From: a virus
Taxonomy: Duplodnaviria; Heunggongvirae; Uroviricota; Caudoviricetes
Virus record (IMG/VR): IMGVR_UViG_3300041409_000458
Strand: one strand, 5' to 3'
Length of the DNA: 52,958 nucleotides
Below, piece by piece: positions 13,519 to 22,519 of this stretch. Position 1 is the first letter of the stretch; each line of letters starts with the position of its first letter. The notes beneath the pieces are model-generated. The model had not been told where the DNA came from and ran no database searches. It was given only the letters and a program-made list of their open reading frames with translations. The position numbers and the translations under genes were made by a program.

Positions 13519-13589
13519 GAGTCAGAGGTCAGGGCAACCAGCAATGACTGTAAATCATAGGCACGAGAGTTCGATTCTCTCCTAACCCA
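13519..13589 (+). tRNA. trnY: Atypical or degenerate tRNA-Tyr(GTA)
   Basis: ATGA-ctGTAaa-TCAT arm and GAGAG-ttcgatt-CTCTC T-arm are clear; short D region, no long variable arm, two acceptor mismatches; 5' end uncertain (13519 or 13526). Confidence 0.6.
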
Positions 13590-13941
13590 CTTTTTCTCTG
13601 TGATACTTCTGTCTGTAGTATCTTCTACCATTACCTTTAGAGGTACTATGTCCTTTCGTCAATGAATGACAGTTTGGACAAAGAAGAGTTAAATTATTTT
13701 CAGAATGATTCATTGAATTTCCGTCTATATGTTCTACCTCTAGAGGAATACTATTGGTAGTAGGATTTAGTTTAGACCATTCACATAGAGTACATTTACT
13801 CTCATACTTTTCAAATAGGTATTTTCTTACATGGTCAGAAACCTTTCCATGACCTTGTAAATCTCCTTTCCCACCTGTTACTTCTCCATCTTTCCACTTT
13901 TGGATATATTCCTCATATCCATATCTTTTTAGTTTTTTCAT
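13582..13941 (-). CDS. HNH endonuclease (only supported minus-strand gene)
   Basis: CTLCEW...PLEVEHIDGNSMNHSENNLTLLCPNCHSLT; its last codons and stop overlap the tRNA-Tyr 3' acceptor strand. Confidence 0.9.
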   Translation of the reverse strand: MKKLKRYGYEEYIQKWKDGEVTGGKGDLQGHGKVSDHVRKYLFEKYESKCTLCEWSKLNPTTNSIPLEVEHIDGNSMNHSENNLTLLCPNCHSLTKGHSTSKGNGRRYYRQKYHREKVG

Positions 13942-13945
13942 ACTA

Positions 13946-13977
13946 CTAATATACGAAGAATAATTAACAAATCCAAA
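13946..13977 (-). promoter_or_regulatory. Bacteroidota-type promoter for the minus-strand HNH gene
   Basis: Reverse complement reads TTTG-N20-TATATTAG, with ATG 4 nt downstream. Confidence 0.65.
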
Positions 13978-14089
13978 TAACGTTCACTGGACGTTAGATG
14001 TTTTGTTTGTTAACACTATCTTAACAATAAATAATAGGTTTTGCTTGCAATTAGCGGTAGATTTGTGTATCTTAATTAAAAACGATAAC

Positions 14090-14929
14090 ATGATAACTAG
14101 AGCACAAGTCAAAACATTCCTATTAACTAAACGGGGATACATTAAGAAATCTCCAGCCAATGTAGCTGGAGCTATCTGGTTAACACAACCTCACACAGGA
14201 GCAAAGAAGACGACATCTGAGATAACGAAAGAGTTAACCTTAATAAGAGATGTCCAGACTACATTACGTTCAGCATCATCCTATATTGCCTCTAAGGAGG
14301 AAACAGACATGATAGACATGTATGATAGGATTATGGAACAGAAGAATCGTCCTAAAACCAAGCTTTTCTTTGATATTGAAGTATCTCCGGATATAGTATT
14401 ATCATGGGGTATTGGAAGGAAAGTATCATTAAGTCATGATTCAATTATTCAGGAAAGAGCAATTATTTGTATATGCTGGAAGTGGGCCGGAGATGATAAA
14501 GTTTACTCTCTAAAGTGGAACAATGGGTGCGATAAAGAGATATTACAGAAATTCGCTAAGATAGTAGATTCAGCAGATGAGCTTATAGCTCAAAATGGAG
14601 ACAATTTTGACATTAAATGGGTTAGGACTAGGTGTATCTATCACAATATCCCTATAAGCCCTAAATTCAACTCTATTGATACCCTCAAGATGGCAAGGCA
14701 AGGGTTCCGTTTCAATGCTAATAGGCTTGATTACATGGGAAAATTCCTTGGATTTGGAGGTAAAATAGAAACTAATTATGATATGTGGAAGGATATTCTC
14801 CTTAGAAATGACAATAAAGCAATGAAATTAATGGTGGATTACTGTAAGGAAGACGTTGTTCTCCTTGAAAAAGTCTATAACAAACTACAGCAATATTGCC
14901 CAATAAAGAAGTTTCGATATAAACTCTAG
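14090..14929 (+). CDS. DnaQ/RNase H-like (DEDD, YprB-type) 3'-5' exonuclease
   Basis: LFFDIEVSPD (ExoI), AQNGDNFDIKW (ExoII), YCKEDVVLLEKVY (ExoIII); ATG at 14090 preferred to the TTG start at 14003. Confidence 0.87.
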   Translation: MITRAQVKTFLLTKRGYIKKSPANVAGAIWLTQPHTGAKKTTSEITKELTLIRDVQTTLRSASSYIASKEETDMIDMYDRIMEQKNRPKTKLFFDIEVSPDIVLSWGIGRKVSLSHDSIIQERAIICICWKWAGDDKVYSLKWNNGCDKEILQKFAKIVDSADELIAQNGDNFDIKWVRTRCIYHNIPISPKFNSIDTLKMARQGFRFNANRLDYMGKFLGFGGKIETNYDMWKDILLRNDNKAMKLMVDYCKEDVVLLEKVYNKLQQYCPIKKFRYKL

Positions 14930-14937
14930 TTTTCATT

Positions 14938-14965
14938 AACCCTCCGTCTCTACGGGGGGTTTTTT
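14938..14965 (+). terminator. Rho-independent terminator
   Basis: AACCCTCCGT-ctct-ACGGGGGGTT followed by TTTT. Confidence 0.85.
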
Positions 14966-14981
14966 AATGCCTAAGGTTAAT

Positions 14982-15012
14982 TTTGAAAAATGATTAAAAA
15001 AGGTTATCTTTA
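14982..15012 (+). promoter_or_regulatory. Possible Bacteroidota-type promoter for the tail operon
   Basis: TTTG(14982)-N19-TATCTTTA. Confidence 0.45.
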
Positions 15013-15039
15013 GCTTATATTAAATAATTTATTGCGTTA

Positions 15040-15564
15040 ATGGGTCGAATTTATAGTAATAATAGGACTGCTCCGAGAATGAGGAAAGCTGAATTCTCAA
15101 AGATTGTCGTGACGAAGGAGCTGTTCAAAAAGTTCCTTGAGGAGTTCCCTGAGCATAAGGATATGACTTGGGATATATTCTATAAAAGCTGGCTTGAGAT
15201 TGCTGAGAAGATAAGATATGAAGCTGTCAATAATCCCTTGGGAGTGAAATTAGGAAGTTACACAGGAGAACTTAAGGTTCAATATATACCTTACAAGATG
15301 GATATCATTGACCATGCAGCCTCAGAAGAACATGGTGAAGAAGTACATCACTTCAACTTCGACTCTAAAGGGAAACCAGCCCGTGTTAAGTGGGAAAGAA
15401 GATGGGCAGCAAGATTCAATAAAGTTCTCCAATTCTATGCATTTGATGAAACCCGTGAGTTAACAGAAGCTGCCGGAGAATACATTGTCAAAAATCCTAA
15501 TTCAATTAGAGTAGCCAGAGTAACAGTGGGAGGAAAACCCAATATCTGGACCAAAAAAAGATAA
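15040..15564 (+). CDS. crAss-type IHF/HU-like DNA-binding protein
   Basis: Basic 174-aa protein; helix-helix segment followed by NPLGVKLGSYTGELKVQY; position ahead of the ring genes fits crAss-like synteny. Confidence 0.65.
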   Translation: MGRIYSNNRTAPRMRKAEFSKIVVTKELFKKFLEEFPEHKDMTWDIFYKSWLEIAEKIRYEAVNNPLGVKLGSYTGELKVQYIPYKMDIIDHAASEEHGEEVHHFNFDSKGKPARVKWERRWAARFNKVLQFYAFDETRELTEAAGEYIVKNPNSIRVARVTVGGKPNIWTKKR

Positions 15565-15565
15565 A

Positions 15566-16249
15566 ATGAGTACAAAGAGAAAAAGTATAGAATCCTTACG
15601 TAAGAAACTAAATGAGCTGAATGCTGATAGCACTTACAGCAATCAGTTTCTTTATCAGACTCTTTTGGAACAGGGTAAATGGTTAATCAGGAGAGAAGCT
15701 TCTGCTGGAAGAGTTTGGGCAAGTAGTTCATTATTTCAACCTCTTACAATCCGAGTTATCGAGGTTCCACTGATTGACTCCTGCTTACCCATAAAAACTG
15801 GTTGTAGGATATTCAGAAGTGCAGAGCGATTACCAGATTTGTGGGAGGATGCTAATGGTCCTTTACTCAAAAGTGTATCTTCCGTAGATGGTTCAACAGA
15901 CTTCTTCTATACTACATCAACAGTTTGGATGCAAATAAGAAAAGACCCTTATAGAAGTAAAGGAACAACAAAATATGTATTCTTTGAAGATGGATATCTT
16001 TGGTTCCCTGAACACAATCCGAACTTTGCTACTGTATTCGGATTCTATACAGATGATATCTCAATGCATGAGCAGGATTGTTTGGATTGTGAGAAGAAGG
16101 ATTGTATCCGTTTCCTTGACACTCCATTCTGGATACCCGGATGGGTTGAAGCAGAAATGATGGCTAAAGCAGTAGAACTTCTTGCAGGAGTTACAAAAAG
16201 ATTACCAGATGATGAACAAATAAATAAAAATCCAAATACTAAAGCTTAA
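15566..16249 (+). CDS. crAss-like tail ring (tubular) protein
   Basis: 227 aa; LNADSTYSNQFLYQTL...LIRRE N-terminus and Cys-containing core resemble crAss ring proteins; synteny. Confidence 0.68.
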   Translation: MSTKRKSIESLRKKLNELNADSTYSNQFLYQTLLEQGKWLIRREASAGRVWASSSLFQPLTIRVIEVPLIDSCLPIKTGCRIFRSAERLPDLWEDANGPLLKSVSSVDGSTDFFYTTSTVWMQIRKDPYRSKGTTKYVFFEDGYLWFPEHNPNFATVFGFYTDDISMHEQDCLDCEKKDCIRFLDTPFWIPGWVEAEMMAKAVELLAGVTKRLPDDEQINKNPNTKA

Positions 16250-17124
16250 TGGAACACCACGATAAACATAAAATACACATTCCTGTTCCTAAGAAGCTAT
16301 TGGAACTTCGTCCTATGGATGAATTAATGGCAATTGTAAAGCGTGACCTAAGGAAACTGGATGCAGAGGGCTTGATTGATGATGGAGTCTGTATTAAGAC
16401 TGTAATGGCTTGTAATGAAAGATTGGGAATCTCAATCCGTGACATCAAGCAAATATGTATTCCAGTTCATGAGTACCAAGCAAAGCTTCCTCTGAATTTT
16501 GAGAAGCTATTTTTCGTTACAGCACTATCCGCAACTAATGGGATAACAGTTACAATGCGTAATCCTTTCTCAAACAACTTTGATAGGGATGCAATATACG
16601 AAGCTCATGTCGACAGAGACTCATTAGGTTGTCCGGATTGCTATGGAGTTACCATCAAAAGAACGGAGAATATCACTGTTCATGCTTCCACTACTTTCAT
16701 AGAGTTGGGTGTTTCTCCAGCCAGTCAGTCACATTGTCACACATCCTGCCCTAATACAAGAAGAAAAGGTAAATATATGGTAACTATAGAAGATGACCAT
16801 ATTAGTACTCCTTTTCGTTCTGGTGAGATTTATATTATGTATCTCGCCACAATGCAGGATGAAGATGGTCACTTACTCTTCCCCTTCCATCCTCTAATCA
16901 CTCCTTATTATGAGTGGTCAGTTAAAGAGAAGATTTGGCAGGACACTATCTTCAATTCAGATGGGAACTATGGTGAGCAATTTAAGCTCGCTCAGCAGGA
17001 AAGAGTAAAAGCTTGGTTGGATGCTTACAATGTAGCTTCTACAAAAGAATATGGGGAATATGTTGATATGCAAAGAAGAAAAGAAATGGGTTGGTATAAT
17101 CAATACTTTAAATATTTTCAATAA
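16249..17124 (+). CDS. crAss-like tail ring (tubular) protein 2
   Basis: 291 aa; AKLPLNF...ISTPFRSGEIYIMYLA...DEDG.LLFP pattern; coupled by TAATG on both sides. Confidence 0.65.
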   Translation: MEHHDKHKIHIPVPKKLLELRPMDELMAIVKRDLRKLDAEGLIDDGVCIKTVMACNERLGISIRDIKQICIPVHEYQAKLPLNFEKLFFVTALSATNGITVTMRNPFSNNFDRDAIYEAHVDRDSLGCPDCYGVTIKRTENITVHASTTFIELGVSPASQSHCHTSCPNTRRKGKYMVTIEDDHISTPFRSGEIYIMYLATMQDEDGHLLFPFHPLITPYYEWSVKEKIWQDTIFNSDGNYGEQFKLAQQERVKAWLDAYNVASTKEYGEYVDMQRRKEMGWYNQYFKYFQ

Positions 17125-17810
17125 TGCTTGAATATAAACTTGACCACAAGCTCAAAATCAAATCTGAGGATTTACTCTTCCATTTGCATGAATTTGATAT
17201 TGATTTGATTAGTAATCATATATATCTAATGGGAGTTGACAGAGGGTATGAAGTTACTTCGGATGCAAGTGAACCCGGAATTGATTATGTGATTGCAAAA
17301 AGGTTCATCAAAAATATTAACATGTGTATGAGGGTTAATCCAGATAAACCAATTCTGGTACACATGAAGACCTGTGGAGGAGATTGGAATGAAGGAATGG
17401 CAATTTATGATGCTATAAAATCATGCCCATCTCCTGTTATTATTCTGAATTATACACACGCCAGAAGTATGTCTTCAATCATCTTTCAGGCAGCAGATAA
17501 GAGAGTGATGATGCCAAATTCATATTTTATGATACATGATGGCACATATGGAATTGAAGGAACATACAAAGGAGTTATGTCAAATATGGAGTTCGATAAG
17601 CGTACAGAGAAGGTAATGTTTGATATCTACGCTGAAAAAATGGCAGAGAAAGGGAAATTCAAAGGACAAGATACCCTCAAAATAAAAAAGTGGCTACGTA
17701 GTCAAATGGATAAAAAAGAAGATGTGTTCTTCACTGCAGAAGAATCTATTGAATATGGATTCTCTGACCAGATATTTAACTACGATTGGAGCTCTCTAAC
17801 TAAAATATAA
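17124..17810 (+). CDS. ClpP-family serine protease
   Basis: TCGGDWNEGMAIYDAI, ARSMSSIIF (catalytic Ser), FMIHDG (His), EDVFFTAEESIEYGFSD (Asp). Confidence 0.88.
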   Translation: MLEYKLDHKLKIKSEDLLFHLHEFDIDLISNHIYLMGVDRGYEVTSDASEPGIDYVIAKRFIKNINMCMRVNPDKPILVHMKTCGGDWNEGMAIYDAIKSCPSPVIILNYTHARSMSSIIFQAADKRVMMPNSYFMIHDGTYGIEGTYKGVMSNMEFDKRTEKVMFDIYAEKMAEKGKFKGQDTLKIKKWLRSQMDKKEDVFFTAEESIEYGFSDQIFNYDWSSLTKI

Positions 17811-20800
17811 TGGCTGATAAATTACAGAATACATCTTCGACATCAACTAATGTTACAGGTAAAGCTGGATTAGTAACGGACTTGACTGATTCTCTCGTGA
17901 GTAACGAACAGTATACTCATGCCAGAAATGCTGTCCGTAACTCTAAGGATGGAGATTTAGGCTCTATTGGTAATGAACCTTCAAATACTCTTTGCTTTGA
18001 AGCTCCATATAAGATTATTGGAACTATAAATTTGGCAGATAATGATATTGTAATTTTCTCTACAAACAATATAAAGTCTGAAATTGGTATAGGAAACAGT
18101 GTAACTTGTACATATACCAAAGTTTTCAATGGTGATTGTCTTAATTTTAATGATGCATTTCCTGTAACAGGTGAAAGCAAAAAGGACTTTCAGAAGGGTA
18201 CAATTATCTACTTCACAGATAACAATAATCCTCCAAGAAGGATTGAACTTAAGAATATTGATAAAGTAAATGATTGTGATGATATTCGTACATTCAGAAA
18301 GGTAAAATACCCTTGTATCAAGGTTAAAAAGGGTCAAAGTGGAAACATTCCAAATGGTATGTATTCTGTAGCTCTGGCTTACACAGTTAATGGACAAGTT
18401 TTTACTGATTGGTATGGAATATCAAATAGGGTTCCTTTATTTTCCCTGACAAACAGTAACTCTCTTGAGGTGAAACTGGAGAATCTTGATAGTGAGTTTG
18501 ACCATTTTAGCTTAATTGTTGTTGGTAATTACATAGACCCTACAACAAAAGGTGTCACAAAGCTTGCAAAAGTAGTAGGAACCTATTCTACGAAAGTGAA
18601 AAGTGTTTCTATAACTGACTTCATAAATTCATCTTATCAAGAGGTCCTCCTTTCAAATTTGGTTATTCAGAAACCTACTTGGGTAAAGGCTGGTATTATT
18701 TCCTCAAATGCGAACTATCTATTCCTTGCTGATTTAGTATCTCGTCCAGAGGAAAACTATCAACTAAAGGCAATGAATATCGAGGCTGAGTACGTTGTAG
18801 AACAAGTCTTAGCTGATTACTATGAAACTGATGGTTCAGATGTTGGTTATTACAGAGATGAAAATTATGATTTTTATATTCAAGGTATTTATAATACTGG
18901 TGAATTAACTGATAAGTTTCACATGCCGGGGAGAATTGCAACAGGAATTGATAAAGCTCCTGTGTCTTCTGCTGATGTATTTGAGCTGGATACACAATTT
19001 TCAGACTGTGAAACCAAAGATGCTATTCCTCGTTGGAGAGTAGAAAATACTGCTGGAAAGCTTATCCCTGAGAACAACGAATTCAGTTGTGGAAGGAGAG
19101 TTCTTGGAACAGGAAGCTTTGGTTATGTCGAAAGTACAGAATTATATCCAGATAATCCAATATTTGGAAGGGATGCTAACAAGCCAATACGTTTCCACAA
19201 AATGCCAGATGAGTGTAAAGTACCTCGTTACAGCATCATTGAAGGTAAAACATATGTTAATATCCTTGGTGTTCGTTTTAAGAACATTGCTAAGTTCGAT
19301 AATCCAGATATTGTAGGATACAAAATTACACGTTCTGATAGAAAAGGTGGAAATGGGACAGTAGTTGCCAGAGGTCTTATGACAAATGTCCGTTCATATT
19401 ACGACAAGTCATTTGATGAAACAGTTTACTATTCAAACTATCCAGTAAATGACCTGTCACCAGACCAGTTTTTATCATCAACTCAAACTGTATTCAAGAA
19501 CCATAAGGAAACCAATTTTACTCCACTAACAGAGTATCACAAGGATAAATTCACGTTTCATTCTCCACATACATTATTCGAGCCAAAGTATTCACTTGGT
19601 CCTGAAATCAAGATTGAATCTGAAGAAGTAGCTGATGTAAGTGGTAAATTTGATATTGTATATAATCACCCACAGGCAAAGTTATTAAACCAATTTGCTT
19701 TTTGGGTTGCGTTAGCCATTGGTATAGTTGAAACTTACTTTGAAGCTGCAGGTTTAAAGAACCAAATAACAACGAATACACAGGGTTCTACTAAAGGAAG
19801 TGCTGGTTTTAGCTTTACTGGTTCACTGGCAGGTGTTGCAGGTGGAGCTATTACAACTACTCCGGGACCACAATCTGCTATTACATTCGGGTCTAATTTA
19901 GCTGACCCACTGGGTGTAAGAAATACTTCCTCATCCACTTCAACAGGTGGAGGTTCTGCATTGTCTGTAACTGGACAAGGTATTGTTGACAGTATTCAGT
20001 CCATCATTTCAGCTATTGGAAGTGGTAATTCACAGGGATTAGCTGCATATTTGAAAGTAATTAAGAGTGTTATAGCCCTGATAGTTAATATTGGTGTAAC
20101 AGCTGCTTTAACTGCAGTTTCAGTAATTAGATATGCAGATGAAGTATTGAACACAATTTACAACTTCATGGGATTTACTGACTACGTATATCAGTATAAC
20201 GCTGCTGCAGTATTCAACAAATCTATTTGCACTCCAGAGGGAAACAAGAGAAGAAGACTATTAAGAGCTCCTCTCCAAATTCCTCCTACTATAGTAAGTA
20301 TTGAAGGTGATGTTTACAATAACCTATTAAGGGAACCTTCTGTATATTTCCAGTTGAATAAGGAAATATCTGACCCTACAACAAAGGATACTTCAAGAAA
20401 CACAGCCACAGGATTTAAGGTGTGTAATGACATTACAAAGAAGACAAAATCAGTTGGTTCTGCTTTCTATGTAACGAACAAGGAAATAAATCCTAATCAA
20501 TATGGACAATTAGGTTCAGCTTCATCTGTATCTATGCATGGTTGTGCTCTGGAATTCGATGAAGATATTACTGAAACTCCTATTTTATATGGTGGAGATT
20601 GTGTTATCACACGTTTCCAGTTCCAGAAGAGGATGCAGTTCTTTACTCAGAATCTGGCTAATACAAATTTTCAAGCAGGAACTGAATATGATTACAGAAA
20701 ATATCGTAATTTGGCATATCCTCGCTTTTGGATGGATACAACTAAGTTTGACTTTGGTGAATTGTTATCATCAAAAACAATTAATTATGCTAAATTTAAC

Positions 20801-22519
20801 AGAACTACTTCATCAAAATACAACTTGGATTGTATAGGTAATGACAAGAAGAATATAGCCCGTGTTGATGATGCATATATGTATTTATCTAGTAATGCAG
20901 GACTCGATTTCTTTGTAGAGGCTGATTACAATGTAGACTACAGAGAGAAGCAAACTAATGAATTTCCATATTTCTCTAAGAATAACAGGAATGTTCAGGA
21001 CATATTTCGTTCTGACAGACTTGACACTCCTGAAGAATTCGTGATTTCTCGTGCATTTTCAGATTTATATACGACAGAGATTTATGCTCCTGTTCAGAGA
21101 AGTGATTTTGACCCTGCAGACCCAATTCCTACTGACCAAAGCAATAGTGTAATTTATAGTATGCCAGCATTTAACCTGCAAACTACAGATAACTGGCAGC
21201 ACTTTCTACCAGCTAATTATTTTGCTTTTAGGGAAAGTGATTTTGGAAACCTTACAGGTATCCATAAAATGGACCAAGATAGAGTTATATTCCTGTTCTC
21301 AAAGGCATCTCCATTTGTTTCTATGGGAAGAGATTTCCTTGAATTAGAGCAGTCAGGTAGGAAAGTAACTATTGGAGATGGTGGATTATTTGCTCAGGAC
21401 CCTCGTGAGAGTATGCCAACAGATAATAATTATGGTGCATGTAACAGCAAATATGCCTTCAGTAACACTCATCTTGGAAAATATTATCCATCTGAGAGAC
21501 AAGGTAGAATATTTGACTTTACTAATGTGCCGGAAGATATCAGCAGACAAGGAGTTTCTTACTGGTGTAAGAACTACATGCCAATAGCTCTATATAAGTA
21601 TTTTCCAGAATATCCTCAGGTTGAAAATCCTGTTGCTGGTGTAGGATACTTAACTGTATTTGATAGCTTTAATGAGACTGTCTATATTACTAAGAGAGAT
21701 TTCTCTCCTAAGTTCGAGGACATTATCTGGGACAAAATGTCCTCGACGTTCAAATACAGAGGAAATGTAGTCACACTCAGAGACAATAGATATTTTAATG
21801 ATATATCATGGACGTTATCTTACAGCCCTCTTGAGAAAGGATTTATAAGCTGGCATGACTGGCATCCTGATTGGGTTATTCAGAGAGATGACCACTTTAT
21901 GACTGTAAAGGACAACGGAGTTTGGAAACACAATGAAAGTTTTGATAGCTTCTGTAAATTCTATGGAAATGATTTTCCTTTTGAGATAGAATTTATAAGT
22001 AACTCCGGACAGCAGATTGACATCCCACGTTCATTGGAATACATGCTTGAAGTTTATCATTACAAGAACTTTGGAAGAGACCGTTTCCATGTACACCACG
22101 AAAACTTCTCTCATCTTGTAGTTCACAATACTGAACAGATATCACCATTGTTAGCTTTGAGTTATCGTTCTAACAATCCAGAGGTAGACTTAGCTTATCC
22201 AAAGAGGAATCTGGATAATCCAGTGACTTATGATATTCTTTTCTCAAAAGAGGAGAATAAATACAGGGTTAATCAATTCTGGGACTCTGTTAAAGACAGA
22301 GGTGAGTTCAGTCTTGCTGAAAACCATTTATTCCCTACGGATGAAAGTGGTTACAAGCAAGTAGTAAATCCACAGGCAATTGATATAAACAAGCCTGAGG
22401 AACAAAGAAAGAAATTCCGTCACTATTGGAACAAGTTCCGTCTGATTAAGAATATTTCAGGAAAGAACAAGTTTATAACAAAACTTTACAATATTAAGAA
22501 ACTTTTAAGTGTAAGATAA
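17810..22519 (+). CDS. Tail stabilization/muzzle protein (P22 gp10-like, crAss-type)
   Basis: 1569 aa; N-terminal GLVTDL...YTHARNAV...GDLGSIGNEPSN and C-terminal WTLSYSP..KGFISWHDWHPDW motifs; synteny after the ring genes. Confidence 0.8.
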   Translation: MADKLQNTSSTSTNVTGKAGLVTDLTDSLVSNEQYTHARNAVRNSKDGDLGSIGNEPSNTLCFEAPYKIIGTINLADNDIVIFSTNNIKSEIGIGNSVTCTYTKVFNGDCLNFNDAFPVTGESKKDFQKGTIIYFTDNNNPPRRIELKNIDKVNDCDDIRTFRKVKYPCIKVKKGQSGNIPNGMYSVALAYTVNGQVFTDWYGISNRVPLFSLTNSNSLEVKLENLDSEFDHFSLIVVGNYIDPTTKGVTKLAKVVGTYSTKVKSVSITDFINSSYQEVLLSNLVIQKPTWVKAGIISSNANYLFLADLVSRPEENYQLKAMNIEAEYVVEQVLADYYETDGSDVGYYRDENYDFYIQGIYNTGELTDKFHMPGRIATGIDKAPVSSADVFELDTQFSDCETKDAIPRWRVENTAGKLIPENNEFSCGRRVLGTGSFGYVESTELYPDNPIFGRDANKPIRFHKMPDECKVPRYSIIEGKTYVNILGVRFKNIAKFDNPDIVGYKITRSDRKGGNGTVVARGLMTNVRSYYDKSFDETVYYSNYPVNDLSPDQFLSSTQTVFKNHKETNFTPLTEYHKDKFTFHSPHTLFEPKYSLGPEIKIESEEVADVSGKFDIVYNHPQAKLLNQFAFWVALAIGIVETYFEAAGLKNQITTNTQGSTKGSAGFSFTGSLAGVAGGAITTTPGPQSAITFGSNLADPLGVRNTSSSTSTGGGSALSVTGQGIVDSIQSIISAIGSGNSQGLAAYLKVIKSVIALIVNIGVTAALTAVSVIRYADEVLNTIYNFMGFTDYVYQYNAAAVFNKSICTPEGNKRRRLLRAPLQIPPTIVSIEGDVYNNLLREPSVYFQLNKEISDPTTKDTSRNTATGFKVCNDITKKTKSVGSAFYVTNKEINPNQYGQLGSASSVSMHGCALEFDEDITETPILYGGDCVITRFQFQKRMQFFTQNLANTNFQAGTEYDYRKYRNLAYPRFWMDTTKFDFGELLSSKTINYAKFNRTTSSKYNLDCIGNDKKNIARVDDAYMYLSSNAGLDFFVEADYNVDYREKQTNEFPYFSKNNRNVQDIFRSDRLDTPEEFVISRAFSDLYTTEIYAPVQRSDFDPADPIPTDQSNSVIYSMPAFNLQTTDNWQHFLPANYFAFRESDFGNLTGIHKMDQDRVIFLFSKASPFVSMGRDFLELEQSGRKVTIGDGGLFAQDPRESMPTDNNYGACNSKYAFSNTHLGKYYPSERQGRIFDFTNVPEDISRQGVSYWCKNYMPIALYKYFPEYPQVENPVAGVGYLTVFDSFNETVYITKRDFSPKFEDIIWDKMSSTFKYRGNVVTLRDNRYFNDISWTLSYSPLEKGFISWHDWHPDWVIQRDDHFMTVKDNGVWKHNESFDSFCKFYGNDFPFEIEFISNSGQQIDIPRSLEYMLEVYHYKNFGRDRFHVHHENFSHLVVHNTEQISPLLALSYRSNNPEVDLAYPKRNLDNPVTYDILFSKEENKYRVNQFWDSVKDRGEFSLAENHLFPTDESGYKQVVNPQAIDINKPEEQRKKFRHYWNKFRLIKNISGKNKFITKLYNIKKLLSVR

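Noticed and set aside
6227-13600. HDV-like theta ribozymes after tRNAs
   Set aside because: No spacer starts at a tRNA 3' end with the P1/P3/P1.1 nested layout and catalytic J4/2 C that I could recognise; a covariance search is still advisable.
6645-13631. ORF-track entries overlapping tRNAs (for example 6697, 6870, 6993, 8464, 10042, 10395, 10993, 13237, 13285, 13446)
   Set aside because: They are chance frames across tRNA and structured-RNA sequence.
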